64,000 bases of DNA. It comes from an uncultured Candidatus Melainabacteria bacterium (GTDB lineage Bacteria; Cyanobacteriota; Vampirovibrionia; Gastranaerophilales; Gastranaerophilaceae). The notes beneath the pieces are model-generated. The model worked only from the letters and a program-made list of their open reading frames with translations, was not told the DNA's origin and did no database searches. The position numbers were made by a program, and so were the translations under genes. The DNA is taken from NCBI GenBank assembly GCA_934718275.1, contig CAKUZD010000002.1, positions 217,858 to 281,857 of the forward strand. The letters run 5' to 3'. Of this stretch, positions 26,666 through 35,797 are shown piece by piece. How positions within the stretch are numbered: the stretch's first letter is position 1; each line of letters opens with the position of its first letter.

Positions 26666-27328
26666 ATGAAATTTAAAGTTAATGCAATAATCCCGGCAGG
26701 CGGAACATCCTCACGTTTCGGAAATAAAAACAAACTTTTAGAAAAAATTGAAGGTAAAGAAGTGATAAAATATACAGTAGAGGCCTTTGAAGCATCTAAT
26801 GTAGATAAAATTATAATTTGTGCGAATACCGCAATTATTGATGAACTAAAAAATATTTTTATAAACAGTCTAAAGGTAAAAATTATTGAAGGTGGTGCAA
26901 GCAGGCAAGATTCTGTATTTAATGGTTTGAAATCTGAAGAATGTGATTATGTTCTAATTCATGATGGTGCGAGGCCAATGATTTCAACAGATTTGATAAA
27001 TACTGCGATGGAAGAAGTTATTACTAAGGAAGCATTAACTGTTGCAACTAAAACAATTGACACAATCAAAGAAGTTCAAGACGGAAAAATTATTCGAACC
27101 ATAGATCGTTCAAAGCTATACAATACTCAGACTCCACAGGCCTTTAAATATGATTTGATAAAAAATGCACATATCAAATTATTTGGACAAAATTTTACTG
27201 ATGATGCAGGCATGTTGGAAGAATTAGGGCAAACAGTGTATATTTTAAACGGTAGTTATAAAAATATCAAAATTACAACTCAAAACGATATAGATATTGC
27301 AAAAATTTATTTGAGTAAGGATGTATAA
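26666..27328 (+). CDS. ispD: 2-C-methyl-D-erythritol 4-phosphate cytidylyltransferase
   Basis: AAGGAG RBS followed by ATG 26666. AIIPAGGTSSRFG and HDGARP motifs. Confidence 0.9.
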   Translation: MKFKVNAIIPAGGTSSRFGNKNKLLEKIEGKEVIKYTVEAFEASNVDKIIICANTAIIDELKNIFINSLKVKIIEGGASRQDSVFNGLKSEECDYVLIHDGARPMISTDLINTAMEEVITKEALTVATKTIDTIKEVQDGKIIRTIDRSKLYNTQTPQAFKYDLIKNAHIKLFGQNFTDDAGMLEELGQTVYILNGSYKNIKITTQNDIDIAKIYLSKDV

Positions 27329-27379
27329 GTCTGCATAGTAGAGAATTAGTATGCTAATTATGTGTAAGGGGGATATTTT

Positions 27380-27814
27380 TTATTCTTCGTAAATCATTTG
27401 CTCATATTTAAGAGGAAGAAACCCCTGACGTTTATATACTTCAATTGCTTTTTGGTTACTTGGACAGAATTCTAAGCGGAGTCTTGCTGCATTTGAATTT
27501 TCTTTTATAAAGTTGAAGAAATTACTTCCAATCCCTTTAGAGCGGAATTCAGGTAATATATAAATTTCGTCAATCCATAAAACTTCTCCACCTGCTTCTT
27601 GTGAAAAAGTTTTTGCCAAAAGAGCATAACCGGCTTTTTCTCCATCTTTTTCAAAAATATAACATTGAGCGTAAGTTTCAGACTTTATTAATTCGTTAAA
27701 AGTTTTTATAATATTTTTTTCAGGAATACTGTGCAAAACGGCATCAGAGTTATAAAAAGCTTTTACTGTGTTAATATAAAAATCTTTGTCGGTTTCATTT
27801 ATTTTTCTAATCAT
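27380..27814 (-). CDS. GNAT-family N-acetyltransferase
   Basis: 144 aa. Acetyl-CoA pocket pattern PEFRSKGIGSNFF. Confidence 0.8.
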   Translation of the reverse strand: MIRKINETDKDFYINTVKAFYNSDAVLHSIPEKNIIKTFNELIKSETYAQCYIFEKDGEKAGYALLAKTFSQEAGGEVLWIDEIYILPEFRSKGIGSNFFNFIKENSNAARLRLEFCPSNQKAIEVYKRQGFLPLKYEQMIYEE

Positions 27815-27823
27815 ATATAGATT

Positions 27824-28723
27824 TTAACATGCAAAATTTTTGTTTGAAGACATTTTTTTTGAAATAATCAAAAATACACCGAATAAAATTAAAATTACAC
27901 CTATTGAAATTCTTATGGTAAGTTGTTCGTGAAAAAATATTATTCCGAAAAATATTGCTGTTAAAGGTTCTAATGCTCCAAGAATAGCTGTGTTTGTCGA
28001 ACCGATGAGTTTTATAGCTATCGTGATTGTTTCAAGTGAAATTATTGTAGGAAATAATGCCAAACCAATTGCGAACAGCCATGATGTTGTTTTGGGTAAT
28101 ATCTGTAATTCTGTACAAAATTTTAAGTTTATTATATAAACCAATAACCCAAATAGCATTACGTAGAAACTCAACCTGGCACTGTTCATATCTTTGACGG
28201 ACTTAATTGTTCTGACTCCAACTATATATAATGCATATAACAAGGCGGATGAAAGAACTGTTAATATTCCTCTTATATTTAATGTTATTCCGTCTTTCCC
28301 GTTATACAAAAGAAAAATTCCAAATGAGGTTAATAGAATTGCTAATATAACAGTTTTTGTTATTTTTTCTTTAAAAAAGATTGTCATTATTATAGTAACA
28401 ATTACAGGATATATAAATAATATTGTGCAAGCAATTCCGGCTTCTATATAGCGAAAAGCGTCAAATAGAGTGAGCGAAGATAATGAAAAGAATATTCCTA
28501 ATAAGAAGATAGGTATGAATTCTTTCTTAGATAATTTTAAAGAAATCTTTTTAAAGCATTTTAGCCAAACAAAATATATTAAAACTGCGAAAAAGTACCT
28601 GTAAAATAATACAGAATTTACACCAATTCCTTGAGCGTATAATGGTAAGCCAAACAGGGGGTTCATTCCGTAACTTGTAGAGGCTATAATTCCGTTAAGT
28701 ATTCCTTTGGTGCTATTTTTCAT
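27824..28723 (-). CDS. EamA/DMT-family transporter
   Basis: About 10 hydrophobic segments in two EamA-like halves. ATG 28723 (MKNSTKGILNG) preferred, because the ORF extension to 28909 reads through repeat DNA and the C10 tract. Confidence 0.8.
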   Translation of the reverse strand: MKNSTKGILNGIIASTSYGMNPLFGLPLYAQGIGVNSVLFYRYFFAVLIYFVWLKCFKKISLKLSKKEFIPIFLLGIFFSLSSLTLFDAFRYIEAGIACTILFIYPVIVTIIMTIFFKEKITKTVILAILLTSFGIFLLYNGKDGITLNIRGILTVLSSALLYALYIVGVRTIKSVKDMNSARLSFYVMLFGLLVYIINLKFCTELQILPKTTSWLFAIGLALFPTIISLETITIAIKLIGSTNTAILGALEPLTAIFFGIIFFHEQLTIRISIGVILILFGVFLIISKKMSSNKNFAC

Positions 28724-28871
28724 AATTCTGACTTTCAGGCTCATTATAACATAGATTAATTTCTCGGTTAAATATAATATTGAAAAATCATAAAAAATAT
28801 GCGATAATGAAAAATGTAATATTGAAAAGAGAGAGGATTTTATGAAAAGATTTGAATTTGAGAACGTTCTC

Positions 28872-28881
28872 GGGGGGGGGG
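28872..28881. repeat. homopolymeric G10 tract
   Basis: Ten consecutive G between an RBS-ATG (28842) and the start-less pilin ORF. Confidence 0.95.
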
Positions 28882-29080
28882 CAATCGCCGAATAACCTCT
28901 CATAATCATAGTTTTGGACTGGTTGAAACATTAAAAAGGTCATCTTTTTATAATGGGGCATTAAAAAGATTCTTCGCTATCGCTCAGAATGTCGATAACA
29001 ATAGAAGGTGTAATATTATTTGTGCCTTCACGCTTGCAGAGGTCTTAATCACTCTTGGCATTATTGGTGTTGTTGCAGCT

Positions 29081-29722
29081 ATGACAATGCCTGCATTGAT
29101 ACATAGTTACCAAAAGCAGGTTACTGTAAATAAATTAAAAAAGGCTTATTCAATATTGGGACAAATTGCGCAACAAGGTGTAAGTGAGAATTCTCCTGCT
29201 GAAATAATGGCAGGAGATAGTGTAGATGCTGCTACAACCAAAGATTTTTTTGAGAACTATTGGTTAAAATATTTTAAGGGTGCAGAGGTTTACAATAAAA
29301 AAATTTTTTTAAATGATGGAGATCCATTATATAGACAATATAATGGAAATTTAGGGAGTACGCATATATATACAGACTATAGTTTTGGTCGAATATTTTT
29401 TGCAACAGCCGATAATATGACGTTTTATCTAAATATTATGAATTGGGTTAATACAAAGTATGATGATGATGGAAATTTAGTATCGCAAGATGCGGTATTT
29501 TCTTCACGCCAAGATGTTACAGTAGATATTAATGGGATAAATCCCCCAAATACTTACGGAAAAGATGCTTTTTGCTTTATTGTAGACTTTAAAGATGGAG
29601 TTGTTCGGCCTTACGGTTATGGTAGTACATCTTCGGAAATAAATGATAGTTGTAGCAAAAATGGTGGTGGAGGCTTCTGTGCTGCTAAAATAATTCGCGA
29701 AGGATGGAAAATAAATTATTAG
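29081..29722 (+). CDS. prepilin-type N-terminal domain protein, conserved N-terminus lies upstream of the first ATG (frame open from 28862)
   Basis: Codons 29024-29080 encode AFTLAEVLITLGIIGVVAA in frame, but no ATG/GTG/TTG precedes them. C-terminal DINGINPPNTYGKDAFCFIV motif is shared with the other pilin-like ORFs. Confidence 0.6.
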   Translation: MTMPALIHSYQKQVTVNKLKKAYSILGQIAQQGVSENSPAEIMAGDSVDAATTKDFFENYWLKYFKGAEVYNKKIFLNDGDPLYRQYNGNLGSTHIYTDYSFGRIFFATADNMTFYLNIMNWVNTKYDDDGNLVSQDAVFSSRQDVTVDINGINPPNTYGKDAFCFIVDFKDGVVRPYGYGSTSSEINDSCSKNGGGGFCAAKIIREGWKINY

Positions 29723-29890
29723 TTTGAGATAAAACTATTAATGTCCTAACAAGTTCAAAATGACAAGAATTTTATAATTGCAGGAGAGGGAAAAAGTTCC
29801 CACTTCTGCAAAGATAATGTATAGAAAAACAATTTATTTAATAAACGCTATTAGTATTGAAATTTTTGTAAAAGTATATATAATTATTTT

Positions 29891-30550
29891 ATGGAAAATT
29901 TTGATGTTGAAATATGGTTACAGGAATTTACGAGTAAATTATTTGAAGAATTTGATACTCGTATAAAGTTTGTGGGACTTCAAGGAAGTTATAAGCGAGG
30001 AGAGGCAACAGAGGACAGTGATGTTGATTTGGTTGTAATTCTTGATAAATTAACGTTTGAAGATTTGGTAGAGTATAAAAAGATTATTCATTCGATGCCT
30101 TTTTATGAAAAAGCATGTGGGTTTATTTGTGGAGAAGATGAAATTTATAATTGGCCGAAATTTGAATTATTTCACCTTCTTAATGATACTTTGCCTTTGC
30201 AAGAAAATTTGTTAAATTTTATTCCTCCGTTAAAGCGTGAAGATATATTTGATGCAATAAAAATTAATTCTGCAAATTTGTACCATCAACTGTGTCATGG
30301 GTATTTATATGAAAATAGAGATATTGAAGTGCTTTATCAGGGGTATAAAAGGGCTTTTTATATTTTGCAGATACTTTATTATCTCAGGTCTAATAATTAT
30401 GTTGATACAAAAAAAGAATTGGTTTATTTGTTAGACGGAGAGGACAAAGAAATTTTACTAGTAATTATAAATTGGAATTCTTTGGATGTTTTGGATAATA
30501 CAGACTTTTATTTTGAAAAATTGTTAAATTGGTTGAAATTGCATATTTAA
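29891..30550 (+). CDS. Pol-beta-superfamily nucleotidyltransferase (KNTase/ANT-like)
   Basis: GLQGSYKRGEATEDSDVDLVVIL (GS...D.D NTase signature) followed by a helical C-terminal domain. Confidence 0.7.
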   Translation: MENFDVEIWLQEFTSKLFEEFDTRIKFVGLQGSYKRGEATEDSDVDLVVILDKLTFEDLVEYKKIIHSMPFYEKACGFICGEDEIYNWPKFELFHLLNDTLPLQENLLNFIPPLKREDIFDAIKINSANLYHQLCHGYLYENRDIEVLYQGYKRAFYILQILYYLRSNNYVDTKKELVYLLDGEDKEILLVIINWNSLDVLDNTDFYFEKLLNWLKLHI

Positions 30551-30554
30551 TATT

Positions 30555-32657
30555 TTATTTATTAATTGCAGTTTTGTTACTTAATTTAATTTCTCTTTTT
30601 AAGTCGTCAAGAAATTCTTTTGTATATAAAAAGCCTAAATGTGCACCGTGATTTAATAAAGTTGTTTTTTTGCCTGTGCAAAGTTTTAGTTTTTTGAGCT
30701 GAGATTGATTTGTTAAGTAATCGTCAAGTGAATGATAAATTTTGTAGTTAGAGTTGTTTTGGAAAAAGTCTGTTAAAGATAAAAGACTTGTTTGTTCTTT
30801 AAAATCTTTAATTGAGATATCCATATTGCTTAAAAGGTACTTGTGTACATAATCTTTATAATTCATATTATTTATTTGGTTGTAAAAGTCTGTTTTTTTG
30901 TTTTTAGGAGTGTTTTCAAGCGTAAATATCAGGTCTGAAAGTTTTTGATGCATAATAAAACCTGTGATAAGTTTTCCTTCTTCTTCCGAGAATGGAAGTT
31001 TGTTTATTTTTATATCAGGAGTTTCGTCTTTGATATCGGATAATTGAACAACTTTTGCTGCTGTTTTAGCAACTTTTTGTTTCAAGTTATCGTTATTTTT
31101 CGCCCATTCTTCACCATTTTTGTCAACTTGTTCCATAGCATAAATGAGTTCAATAGGCGGACAAATTGAAATATATTTTGTTATGTTCAAAGTGTTGTTA
31201 TGGTATTCTTGGTCGGCAAGAAATAATGTTGTTAATGCTCCAAAGGATGTTCCTATAATTGTTTTATCTTGAAATTTGCAATTATATTTGTTTTCAAGAT
31301 TGCTTATGATTTTTGATGTTACGTCTTTTATATATTCAACATCTTTTAATGGAAGTCCCGGAGCATAGCCGTTTGGCATGCTTTTTACAAATTCCCACTG
31401 AAAATGACTTCCTTGAATAATTACGGAATAACCTTCATCATAAAAAAGTTTTGCCAAAACAACGGAATGATGAGATTGAATACCTTCTCCTATAGAAGGG
31501 TAGATAATTGCAATTGGAGAACTTTTATCTTTTTGCATAATATATTTGAATTTATATGGAGCTTTGGATGGTGTAATGTTTACGGAAGAAGTATGAAATT
31601 TTTTTGAAAAACTTCTGTTCCAAATAGATAATTCATTCCAAATAGATTTGTCTATATCCGGGTTGTCAAAAAGAGCAGTTCTCATAGAATCAACTACAGG
31701 ATTTTGTGGATTGTAGTCTTCTATAAGAATGTCAGCCATGAGTTTTGAATTTGCTAATTCATAACTTTTTAATATTATATTGTCAATATTAGTTCCCCCT
31801 TTTAAAATGTCTGCAACTGTCAATTTTTCATTGTTTATGTCACTTTCATTTTTTAAATCAGTCATTACAAGTTCCGGATTGATTTCAGGAGGAAGTTCGT
31901 TTTCCGTTGATTTAAAACCCTCTTGTAAAATCTCCTTTCTATCAAGGTTTTCGCATTTGATAAAATTATCAATTCCGTACATTTTTCGAGAAATTTCATA
32001 AGGATCTGCATAAGTTGATTCAATCATTTTTATAAGAGGTTGAAGAAAAGAGGTTCTGTTTACTGTTAATCCTGCTTTTACCATGGCAAGAACAGGGGTG
32101 CCGACATAGGTTGTTGGGTTCAGAGAAGTGTCTAAAATTTTGCCTGCAATTCCTCTGGCTGTTGTTCCATTCATTACCGGAAGAACAATATATGAGCCTG
32201 AACAACATTTACATTTTGTCAAAGCTTGTTCCATATCCTCTGTTGTTGGTTCTATATTGAAAAAATGTTTTGCAGGGTCAAACATCCCGCCAAGGCCTAA
32301 CGTAGTGTTTGTCAAAAATCGAACAGTTTCGGTTCCCGATGATTTAAAATCTTTTTGAATAAGGCTACTTATCAAACGTTTTGGGTATTCAATATTTTTG
32401 TATGCATTATGAATTCTTTCAATTCCGTATTCCGGCATAATTGAACTCCATAATATATGAATTGGGCGAATTGCGTATTTGTTTAGTCCTAAATTGAATG
32501 CAAAAATTTTTCTGTTAATTTTTTCATATTTATCAGGACCAAGATATATATAAGCATAATCAGGATATTTGCTTTGTTGTTTTAAAAGTTCTTCTGCTGT
32601 ACAAATTTCTGTAATGCATAATAAAATTGCTAAAATAATAAATAATTTTTTTATCAT
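30555..32657 (-). CDS. MlaA/VacJ-like domain fused to a C-terminal alpha/beta-hydrolase-like domain
   Basis: Signal peptide. MlaA pattern NRKIFAFNLGLNKYAIRPI...YKNIEYPKRLISSLIQ...VRFLTNTTLGLGGMFDPA. C-terminal half has IIGTSFGALT (GxSxG elbow) and a late NHGAHLGF. Confidence 0.7.
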   Translation of the reverse strand: MIKKLFIILAILLCITEICTAEELLKQQSKYPDYAYIYLGPDKYEKINRKIFAFNLGLNKYAIRPIHILWSSIMPEYGIERIHNAYKNIEYPKRLISSLIQKDFKSSGTETVRFLTNTTLGLGGMFDPAKHFFNIEPTTEDMEQALTKCKCCSGSYIVLPVMNGTTARGIAGKILDTSLNPTTYVGTPVLAMVKAGLTVNRTSFLQPLIKMIESTYADPYEISRKMYGIDNFIKCENLDRKEILQEGFKSTENELPPEINPELVMTDLKNESDINNEKLTVADILKGGTNIDNIILKSYELANSKLMADILIEDYNPQNPVVDSMRTALFDNPDIDKSIWNELSIWNRSFSKKFHTSSVNITPSKAPYKFKYIMQKDKSSPIAIIYPSIGEGIQSHHSVVLAKLFYDEGYSVIIQGSHFQWEFVKSMPNGYAPGLPLKDVEYIKDVTSKIISNLENKYNCKFQDKTIIGTSFGALTTLFLADQEYHNNTLNITKYISICPPIELIYAMEQVDKNGEEWAKNNDNLKQKVAKTAAKVVQLSDIKDETPDIKINKLPFSEEEGKLITGFIMHQKLSDLIFTLENTPKNKKTDFYNQINNMNYKDYVHKYLLSNMDISIKDFKEQTSLLSLTDFFQNNSNYKIYHSLDDYLTNQSQLKKLKLCTGKKTTLLNHGAHLGFLYTKEFLDDLKREIKLSNKTAINK

Positions 32658-32754
32658 AAACCCTCTCTAACAAAATAATTTTCTTAGAGAGAAAAGTAAA
32701 CTTCATTACTCTACAGTATAGTTTTATGATATTATTTTGAAAAAAGGAGAGTAT

Positions 32755-33345
32755 ATGGAAAATTTTTTGACAGAAAAAGAAAAAATGCTTTCAGGACAAT
32801 TGTATGATGCATTTCTTGATAAAGAATTAGCAAATGATAGAACAAATGCAAAAGTGCTTTGTCACCAATATAATATGCTTTCTCCTGACAAAATGGATGA
32901 ACGCAAAGCGATATTAAAAAAATTGCTAGGGAAAACTAAAGAAAACTTTCATATAGAGCAAAATTTTTGGTGCGATTATGGGTATAATATTGAAATTGGG
33001 GAGAATTTTTATGCTAACCATGATTGTGTAATGCTTGACCCTGCAAAAATTATATTTGGAGATAATGTGTTTATAGCTCCTCAGTGTGGTTTTTATACTG
33101 CAGGACACCCGCTTGATGTGAATGAAAGAAATTCCGGTATTGAATATGCTTATCCTATAAAGGTTGGTAATAATGTTTGGTTTGGCGGACATGTATCTGT
33201 AATGCCGGGGGTTACAATTGGTGATAATGTTGTAATCGGAGCCGGAAGTGTTGTGACAAAAGATATTCCATCAAATGTTGTTGCTGTTGGAAATCCGTGC
33301 AGGGTTTTGAGAGAAATAACAGATGCTGATAAATTGTTGAAATAA
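32755..33345 (+). CDS. maltose/galactoside O-acetyltransferase (left-handed beta-helix)
   Basis: AAGGAGAG RBS. MENFLTEKEKMLSGQLYDA N-terminus and hexapeptide repeats GDNVVIGAGSVV. Confidence 0.85.
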   Translation: MENFLTEKEKMLSGQLYDAFLDKELANDRTNAKVLCHQYNMLSPDKMDERKAILKKLLGKTKENFHIEQNFWCDYGYNIEIGENFYANHDCVMLDPAKIIFGDNVFIAPQCGFYTAGHPLDVNERNSGIEYAYPIKVGNNVWFGGHVSVMPGVTIGDNVVIGAGSVVTKDIPSNVVAVGNPCRVLREITDADKLLK

Positions 33346-33365
33346 TGCTGTAAAATATTTCTGAT

Positions 33366-33790
33366 ATTATTCACTCCGCTCACAATGACCATGATTATTG
33401 TGCTATCGCCCTTTAGGGGAGAGAGAGTAGGCGTTTGTGCAACGCGAATTACGCATACGAGAGAGGGGGGTGACTTGATTCAGAGTCTATTAACTATATT
33501 CTCTCACCTTAAATAGTTGTCCTTCGCGGACGGCGGGAACTTTTTGTGAAAAAAGTGTTGTAGGGCGGTGGTACCTACCCCGCCAATATTGTAAATCATC
33601 AGCTGGATTCTTTCGGGCAAAGCCCTCAGAATGACAACATTATTGTTTCGCATTCGCTCACAATGACTGTAAAATCTTATTGCCCTATCGCCTTAAAGCC
33701 TTATTGCCCATAGATAAGGTCTTTTCACGTTTCACTTCTCACTTTTCATTAAAGTTTCACTTTATAGCCTTATCGCCTTCGTCTTATTAA
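33366..33790. repeat. mosaic of short hairpin repeat modules (R1)
   Basis: Reverse complement of 59631-59828 plus 60097-60290, module for module. Confidence 0.85.
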
Positions 33791-33795
33791 GACAA

Positions 33796-34530
33796 TTATT
33801 TAAATTTTTCGTTTGGTGAATATTTTTCGTAAGTTAATTTTCCGGTACGCATTGTATTATAAATTTCACCATAACCAATATGTTGGTTTACTTTATTTGG
33901 GGTAACCGTAAAACTATAACAATCATAACCATATTGATTGCGTTTTTTATCTCCATTTATATCAAAAAATATTTCTGCACATTGTTGAGCCTGATATGGT
34001 TTTGGAACAAGTTCTCCATCTTCTTGTTTTATATAGTTCCCATTTTCATCTTTTTCATAAGACATGTACGTCACCATACAATCTCCGGAATAATTTTTTT
34101 GTCCCATATATACAATTGTTCCATCATTCAAAATAGCACGTTCTTTTGAGCCTAGTTTTTCTTGTTGTATATTTCCAAAGCCATCGTTTGTCTTTCTTTT
34201 GGGCAATATAATTTTATCTTTTCCACCGCAACCATTTGAAGTTGAAGAACATCTTTCAACTACGTTCAAATATTTTATAAAACCATCAAGCTGCTCGGCT
34301 GCCGTGTATTTTGGATTGAATTGTTCGGAATAATCGGAAGTCCCAAGTTCGGCTTTTCTCATTTCAATAGCGTTTGCCAATTCTGAATATGTGCGTTTTA
34401 ATTTGTTTACCATAACAACTTCTTCATATTTGCTAATTAAGGCCGGAAGCGTTAGTGCTGCAACAACACCAATTACTCCTAAAGTTATCAAAACCTCTGC
34501 CAATGTAAAAGCTTTTTTGTTTTTAATCAT
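33796..34530 (-). CDS. prepilin-type N-terminal cleavage/methylation domain protein (pilin-like)
   Basis: MIKNKKAFTLAEVLITLGVIGVVAALTLPALI from ATG 34530 (ORF open to 34572). Contains the FFDINGDKKRNQYGYDCYSFTV motif. Confidence 0.85.
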   Translation of the reverse strand: MIKNKKAFTLAEVLITLGVIGVVAALTLPALISKYEEVVMVNKLKRTYSELANAIEMRKAELGTSDYSEQFNPKYTAAEQLDGFIKYLNVVERCSSTSNGCGGKDKIILPKRKTNDGFGNIQQEKLGSKERAILNDGTIVYMGQKNYSGDCMVTYMSYEKDENGNYIKQEDGELVPKPYQAQQCAEIFFDINGDKKRNQYGYDCYSFTVTPNKVNQHIGYGEIYNTMRTGKLTYEKYSPNEKFK

Positions 34531-34577
34531 TTCTATCCTCTTTTTAATCATTAAAATGATTATATTATGCATTATAA

Positions 34578-34598
34578 TGACAAATTAGTTATTTGTCA
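34578..34598. promoter_or_regulatory. perfect 8-bp inverted repeat (candidate operator) between divergent pilin-like and XRE genes
   Basis: tgacaaat-tagtt-atttgtca. The half-site resembles the TTGACAAA palindrome at 10192-10208. Confidence 0.45.
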
Positions 34599-34615
34599 AA
34601 TGTTATCATAAGGAA

Positions 34616-34843
34616 ATGAAATATCCTAAATTAGTTGAATTTGGCAAAAATTTAAGAATTGCGCGCCTTGTAAAGGGTTATTCAATGGAAAAGTTAGCTA
34701 TGGTAGCCAACCTAAACCCAACACATATTGGGAAAATTGAACGAGCAGAAATGGCACCAACACTCCCTACCATTTTAGCTCTTTTGGAAGCATTAGATGT
34801 TGATTTTAATTCTCTCGTTACATATAAAAGAACTATAAACTAA
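34616..34843 (+). CDS. XRE-family helix-turn-helix transcriptional regulator (75 aa)
   Basis: FGKNLRIARLVKGYSMEKLAMVANLNPTHIGKIERAE. Confidence 0.85.
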   Translation: MKYPKLVEFGKNLRIARLVKGYSMEKLAMVANLNPTHIGKIERAEMAPTLPTILALLEALDVDFNSLVTYKRTIN

Positions 34844-35573
34844 AGTTAAAATTTAAAATAATTACTAATTCTTCATTAAAGAAATTGCTTGGGAATGCTT
34901 TAAATGGAGCTGCAGTTTTAATTGCTTCACCTGCGTTATCATCTAACGCCTTAATTTTCGAAGATTTTAAAATTCTGCATTTTTTAACATTTCCATTTCT
35001 ATCAAGGGTCATAGCCATTTGTACCAACAAATCTTTTTGCCCTTTTGCAAGAATGTCAATTTGCTTTCTTGGAGGAACCTTCCAACTCTTAACAACTTTT
35101 TCCTGAACCTCTTTTACATAAGGAGCATAATCAACATATTTGCCATCCGGACTAAAAACAAAAGATTCTGTTCCCGAAACAAAAATCTGAACAGCATGCA
35201 ACTTTCCTGACGGATAGTCATAGATAATTCTTGACTTCATTAGTTCAGGTCGTCTAAAAGAAACAAATTTCAACTCATTTGAATCAATATTATAAATAAG
35301 TTCTGCATTCCCATTTTTTACATAGTGATAAGACTTATTTTGGGTGTCATCATCCTTAACAAGAGTAAAATCATGATAATATTTTGGGTATTTATCAGTT
35401 TTAATCTGAGTTCTAATTTTGCTAAAAATAATAGCAAGTGTCTCATTTACCTGTTCATAACTTTTGCTTTGAGAAGGCTGTAAAAAATCCGGCTCAACCT
35501 TAATATAAGCTCCGGCAAAGGCACTTGATGCCATCAAACACATTGTAATGCAAGATATTAAAAACTTTTTCAT
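34833..35573 (-). CDS. secreted protein with TonB/TolA C-terminal-like domain
   Basis: Signal peptide MKKFLISCITMCLMASSAFA. C-terminus KVVKSWKVPP...MTLDRNGNVKKCRILKSSKIKALDDNAGEAIKTAAPFKAFP fits the TonB_C pattern. Confidence 0.6.
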   Translation of the reverse strand: MKKFLISCITMCLMASSAFAGAYIKVEPDFLQPSQSKSYEQVNETLAIIFSKIRTQIKTDKYPKYYHDFTLVKDDDTQNKSYHYVKNGNAELIYNIDSNELKFVSFRRPELMKSRIIYDYPSGKLHAVQIFVSGTESFVFSPDGKYVDYAPYVKEVQEKVVKSWKVPPRKQIDILAKGQKDLLVQMAMTLDRNGNVKKCRILKSSKIKALDDNAGEAIKTAAPFKAFPSNFFNEELVIILNFNFSL

Positions 35574-35797
35574 AATGTAACTCCGTATATCAATGGTAAC
35601 ACAAACATAAAAAAAGTAAAAAATGGCTAAAACACGAGTAATTTAGAATAAAAATAAGTCTTTGTAAAATTTTCTTCATAATTAAATTAAAAGCTTAAAG
35701 TTTTTGTAAAAAAATCCGATACATAAAAAGTCAAAAAAATATTGACATTGTAAAAAAGATAATTAATAAGGAGTAGAAAGTAAAAAAATAAGAGGGT

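Noticed and set aside
29891-30550. MNT-HEPN toxin-antitoxin or aminoglycoside-resistance determinant
   Set aside because: There is no HEPN partner and I found no Rx4-6H motif. At 219 aa it is a KNTase-like two-domain protein, and substrate cannot be inferred from sequence alone.
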